A model generated the notes under the pieces. That model was not told the origin of the DNA, did no database searches, and was given only the letters and a program-made list of their open reading frames with translations. From the NCBI GenBank assembly GCA_040437565.1, contig JBDOQK010000017.1:1-64000 (forward strand): DNA of 64,000 nt, given 5' to 3'. Position numbers and translations under genes: made by a program. Source of the stretch: Albugo candida (Eukaryota). Shown here piece by piece: positions 61,990-64,000 of the stretch (positions within the stretch are counted from its first letter, which is position 1; every line of letters starts with the position of its first letter).

Positions 61990-64000
61990 TCGATAAAAAG
62001 CGTAAGGATTCGCATTTTGAAGTGTCTGCGAGAACAGCAAGAGTATTACAGCAACAATTTACTTGTGATAATACTTCAGTATATTTTCATAGCGAATCCT
62101 ACCTGACAAGCAGTAGACGATATAAAGGGAATCAATCAGTCTTGAGTAATGGGACTTTGATCGTTTCGTATGTACTGCATGCCGTGAGTAGTGCTCAGTG
62201 TGCTTAACCGAAAGTATCCGAAAAAGCATACCTACGATTGAATAATCATCAACGGCACAGTAAAGGATGTGAGAAATCCGACTTGTGGATTATGTGCCTC
62301 AAATTCAATATTTGGTCAGTAAATGAGGTCGTCACGCGCTCAATAAGCCAGACTTCCGGAACTTGAACAGCCAAAATTCTGATCGAGAATCTTGCCTAAT
62401 TTTGTGATGCGTTCTGCTAAGAATTGTAGGCACAGTCATTACGAGATTTACGACGACTTTGCGGTTTGAATAGACCTGTGCATAAGGTTGACTAGGATCA
62501 ACATAATTGATACGTGAAGCTGTTAATTACTACCAGCATTTATTCACTAAATCAGGATCGTGATGCATGTTGCGTTTGGCTTTGGCTTCATCGACAACAA
62601 GAGTGTTTAAAGATGCGATACAAATTATTGTAAAACTAGGTGAATTTTGTATCAAAGCATATGTCTTGAAGGATGCCACTGCATGTTACATCTGTCGGAT
62701 GACGATTAAAACGACAGATGCGCTATTTAGATCTAGCACGCGTTTTGCTCTCCAAGCTATTAAACGCACAACATTGACATATGAATTGCGATATCAGAAC
62801 GTAAGGTCGTTCGTATGATAACCTATCCGCTGATCTGTCACACTATTTGATAGAAGTGTTTCGAGTTTCTTTTTATGGCGACCGTTAGGAAAATTCGGTC
62901 TAACATGACACGGAGGGATTGTGTTTTTATCGTATCGTCTATAAGTGGTAGGCCATTATGAAACGATGGCACATTGTGTTAAACAGCGCAAATTTATCAT
63001 ACTTTCGTAGTCATAACCAATGAGAAGATCCCTTAATGTGTAGAAGAGAGCAACAAGAATATGTGGAGCGCGTGTTTGTTAATGTACACAGCTCGTACGA
63101 ATTTGACTGCAGCCTTTTCACATCCAGGAGGACAGAACTATGCAGTCATCGGGTAACTCGTAGTTGAAAAGTACACAAAAAATCTATGCCATTCTTGCTT
63201 TATAGATTTGGTTGGTGTCCGACGGATCATTCTTGTTAAAACACGCGCGATTTTCAGATTTTTCAAATTGAAGGACCTCTCAGTTTGAGGGAATCTTTGA
63301 TTACCAAATGCATTAAAGCGCATTCGTGTTTACTAGACACGAGACTATCGAGCATTCCATCACCGTGGATAAACCCATTTCGAACGTCAGCACTCGAATA
63401 TAGCATATCTGTTATTACGAAGAAGATGGCTTGCTCTCTACAAAATTGAAGTGTTAAACAAACTGAAGACAACAACATCTTCCAACCTGATTTGTATCGT
63501 GAAATTCATTTCCTTTTTCTTAGGAGATTATGTTCGCTCATGTGGCAAACGATAAACCATACCTTTATCCTAAAAAAAAGTTCTTTTTGGAGATATCTTG
63601 CATGACTTATACTTGGACTGGAAAGGTTCAGGACCAGGTGACAAAGCAATGCACTCGAGTGAAAAATTATTGAAGGCGATGCACTTTTGCTTCACAATGA
63701 CCACGAACAGTAGTCGTTGTGAGCGATGTTTGGCTCTTCACAGTACCTCTTTTGAAGTGAGACAATACCATGTCAGTACTGACAAATCCAAAATGATCAA
63801 TTTACTCGCATTCACAAGCCACCTCAGACACATCAATGTGCTAATAACGTGCAACCAAAAATTTGATTGTCAGATAAGTAGCCTATCTACGACTGAGTGT
63901 CAATATCTAGATCGCATCTTTCCTGCGCATAGATAGACACTACAAAGGGTTGGTACGGAGCTCACTGCGAGATTCAAGGATTATTAAAATGGAGAAAAAA
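61990..64000 (+). pseudogene. Decayed multi-module CxxC protein gene
   Basis: LKCLREQ (about 62020), CMLRLALASS (about 62565), CERCLALHSTSFEV (63718), the last homologous to 24010-23969. Confidence 0.55.

Overview
Eukaryotic nuclear DNA, most likely an oomycete and plausibly Albugo. This is an inference from oomycete-type rRNA fragments, very short GT-AG introns, flagellar genes and CxxC-module genes. A compact housekeeping island (about 25.9-38.7 kb) holds a LYR protein, VMA21, SAICAR synthetase, ISCA1, a repeat protein, two head-to-head VDACs, an EF-hand protein, RRP40, QCR8, ERH and IFT27. It lies between gene-poor flanks of decayed and nested transposons (copia, gypsy, Tc1/IS630, pogo, MULE, Merlin, MITE, tRNA-SINEs) and several decayed genes built from repeated CxxC modules (CHxC/CCG-effector-like). 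Of the 13 gaps of 100 N, 11 are flanked by identical duplicated sequence, so those apparent gene duplications are assembly artefacts. The most unusual observations are a 750-bp scrambled 18S/28S rRNA mosaic inside a copia pol, a dispersed CxxC-module family with demonstrable in-window homology, a structured oversized ERH intron, and a SINE inserted antisense into another SINE. All calls come from reading the sequence by eye; no database searches were run.
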